DNA from: Escherichia coli
GTDB taxonomy: Bacteria > Pseudomonadota > Gammaproteobacteria > Enterobacterales > Enterobacteriaceae
DNA: 64,000 bases
Assembly: GCF_022846255.1 (NCBI RefSeq)
Contig: NZ_AP025682.1
Direction: 5' to 3' (one strand)
Below are positions 62,936 to 64,000 of the stretch, piece by piece. Numbering within the stretch: the stretch's first letter is position 1; each line of letters begins with the position of its first letter. Position numbers and translations under genes: made by a program. The notes beneath the pieces are model-generated. The model was not told the DNA's origin. It did not search any database and saw only the letters and a list, made by a program, of their open reading frames with translations.

Positions 62936-64000
62936 CTTTCAGGGCTTTTATCGCCGGATGTAAATCAACAGATTGTAACAGACCACCCGGCGGCGTTTTC
63001 ACAAGTTGCGGACATAACCGTTCCACGTCCGCCAGCAGGGTTATGGCCTGTGCCATTGACCACTGCGCATGTTCGCTCATCAGATTTCGTGCAATCCACT
63101 GCGCAATATTGCCAGGTTCGAATACGGACTGCTTCGCCAGGTAGCCTATCAGTTCAGGAATCAAGATTTGTAAATTTTGTTGGCGTAAGGGTAAAGGCAC
63201 GGCCCTGATGGTCACATGCTGCGCATCGGACTGGAAATCAATACCCAGTTCCGCCAGGGCAGACTGCGCTTTTTCTAATGCCGATTTTTCTTCGCCAGAA
63301 ACTTTTAGCCGCAACGGAATAAGCAGCGGTTGGGCGCAAACTGGCACTTCACCCGGCGTCAATTGTGCCTGACGCAGCCAACGTTCTGCCACTGGCAAGG
63401 ATAAAAGTGAAATGTTGCCATCGCGCTCCAGCAACGCACAGTCGGAATGGACGATAGTCAGTACCCGACCAAAACTCTGACTGTTCGCCGCAAGTGCAGG
63501 TTCCTGCGGTTCTGGCGCTTTTGGTTTTTGCATCGGCGCGGGCGTTTGCAAAAGCTGGCGATACACTTCACCTTGCTGTTTCTGGTAACCAGGCTGCGCA
63601 TTCGGCCAGGGGGCAGCCGGACGACTGTCTGAGGCGGGCGCAGGAGAGTAGCGCGGAGCTACCGGCTCACGAACTGCCGGTTCAGCAAAGTGATTGCGCC
63701 CCGCCGCCACGCGATTTTCCGGAATGGCACGCGGTGCAGGTTGTGGTTCATCGTCCAGCGGTAGCGGCGTTTCCAGTTGCTGTTGTAGCACGCTCAGCAC
63801 GCCCTGATAGATAAAGTCATGCACCAGACGCGACTGATGGAAACGCACTTCGTGTTTGGCAGGGTGCACGTTGACGTCCACCTGATGCGGGTCGATCTCC
63901 AGATACAACACAAATGCCGGTTGCTGATCGGCCCCCAGTTTGTCTTCGCAGGCCTGGCGGATCGCGTGATTGATCAGGCGATCGCGCATCATGCGACCGT
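62928..64000 (-). CDS. mutL: DNA mismatch repair protein MutL, C-terminal part (5' end beyond window)
   Basis: Open reading frame continues to window end; translation matches MutL C-terminal dimerisation region; stop overlaps miaA start by 8 bp. Confidence 0.9.
   Translation of the reverse strand, partial: GRMMRDRLINHAIRQACEDKLGADQQPAFVLYLEIDPHQVDVNVHPAKHEVRFHQSRLVHDFIYQGVLSVLQQQLETPLPLDDEPQPAPRAIPENRVAAGRNHFAEPAVREPVAPRYSPAPASDSRPAAPWPNAQPGYQKQQGEVYRQLLQTPAPMQKPKAPEPQEPALAANSQSFGRVLTIVHSDCALLERDGNISLLSLPVAERWLRQAQLTPGEVPVCAQPLLIPLRLKVSGEEKSALEKAQSALAELGIDFQSDAQHVTIRAVPLPLRQQNLQILIPELIGYLAKQSVFEPGNIAQWIARNLMSEHAQWSMAQAITLLADVERLCPQLVKTPPGGLLQSVDLHPAIKALKDE

Overview
This window is a contiguous Escherichia coli chromosomal segment running from ytfT to mutL, in reverse orientation relative to the K-12 map. 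Most of it is conserved core genome that I recognise by protein sequence: ytfTRQ, ppa, tamAB-ytfP, msrA, ytfL, ytfK, ytfJ, cysQ, cpdB, ytfH, qorB, ytfF, ytfE, cycA, fklB, ytfB, rpsF-priB-rpsR-rplI, yjfY, the ulaABCDEF/ulaG/ulaR ascorbate locus, yjfP, bsmA, yjfN, aidB, yjfCMLKJI, rlmB, rnr, nsrR, purA, yjeT, hflCKX, hfq, miaA and the 3' part of mutL. Three places differ from the K-12 arrangement as I remember it. (1) A complete 1426-bp IS4 with 12-bp target-site duplications sits between ppa and ytfP, where K-12 has chpSB. (2) cysQ and ytfJ converge directly, with no ytfI between them. (3) About 9.5 kb of accessory DNA lies between an intact TetR-family ytfA and rplI. That accessory block holds a tightly packed six-gene operon (SDR dehydrogenase, TIM-barrel isomerase/epimerase, enoyl-CoA hydratase, CoA-transferase, a 690-aa fumarate-reductase-like flavoprotein, and an ACS-family MFS transporter) and, on the opposite strand, a hipBA-like toxin-antitoxin pair whose HTH antitoxin is unusually long (163 aa, Ser/Thr-rich tail), with a perfect 10-1-10 palindrome just upstream. 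The hipBA-like pair and the CoA-dependent operon are the best candidates for something undescribed. No rRNA, tRNA or CRISPR array was found. All product calls rest on reading the supplied translations and on recall of protein families; no database search was run, and coordinates of small motifs were indexed by hand.
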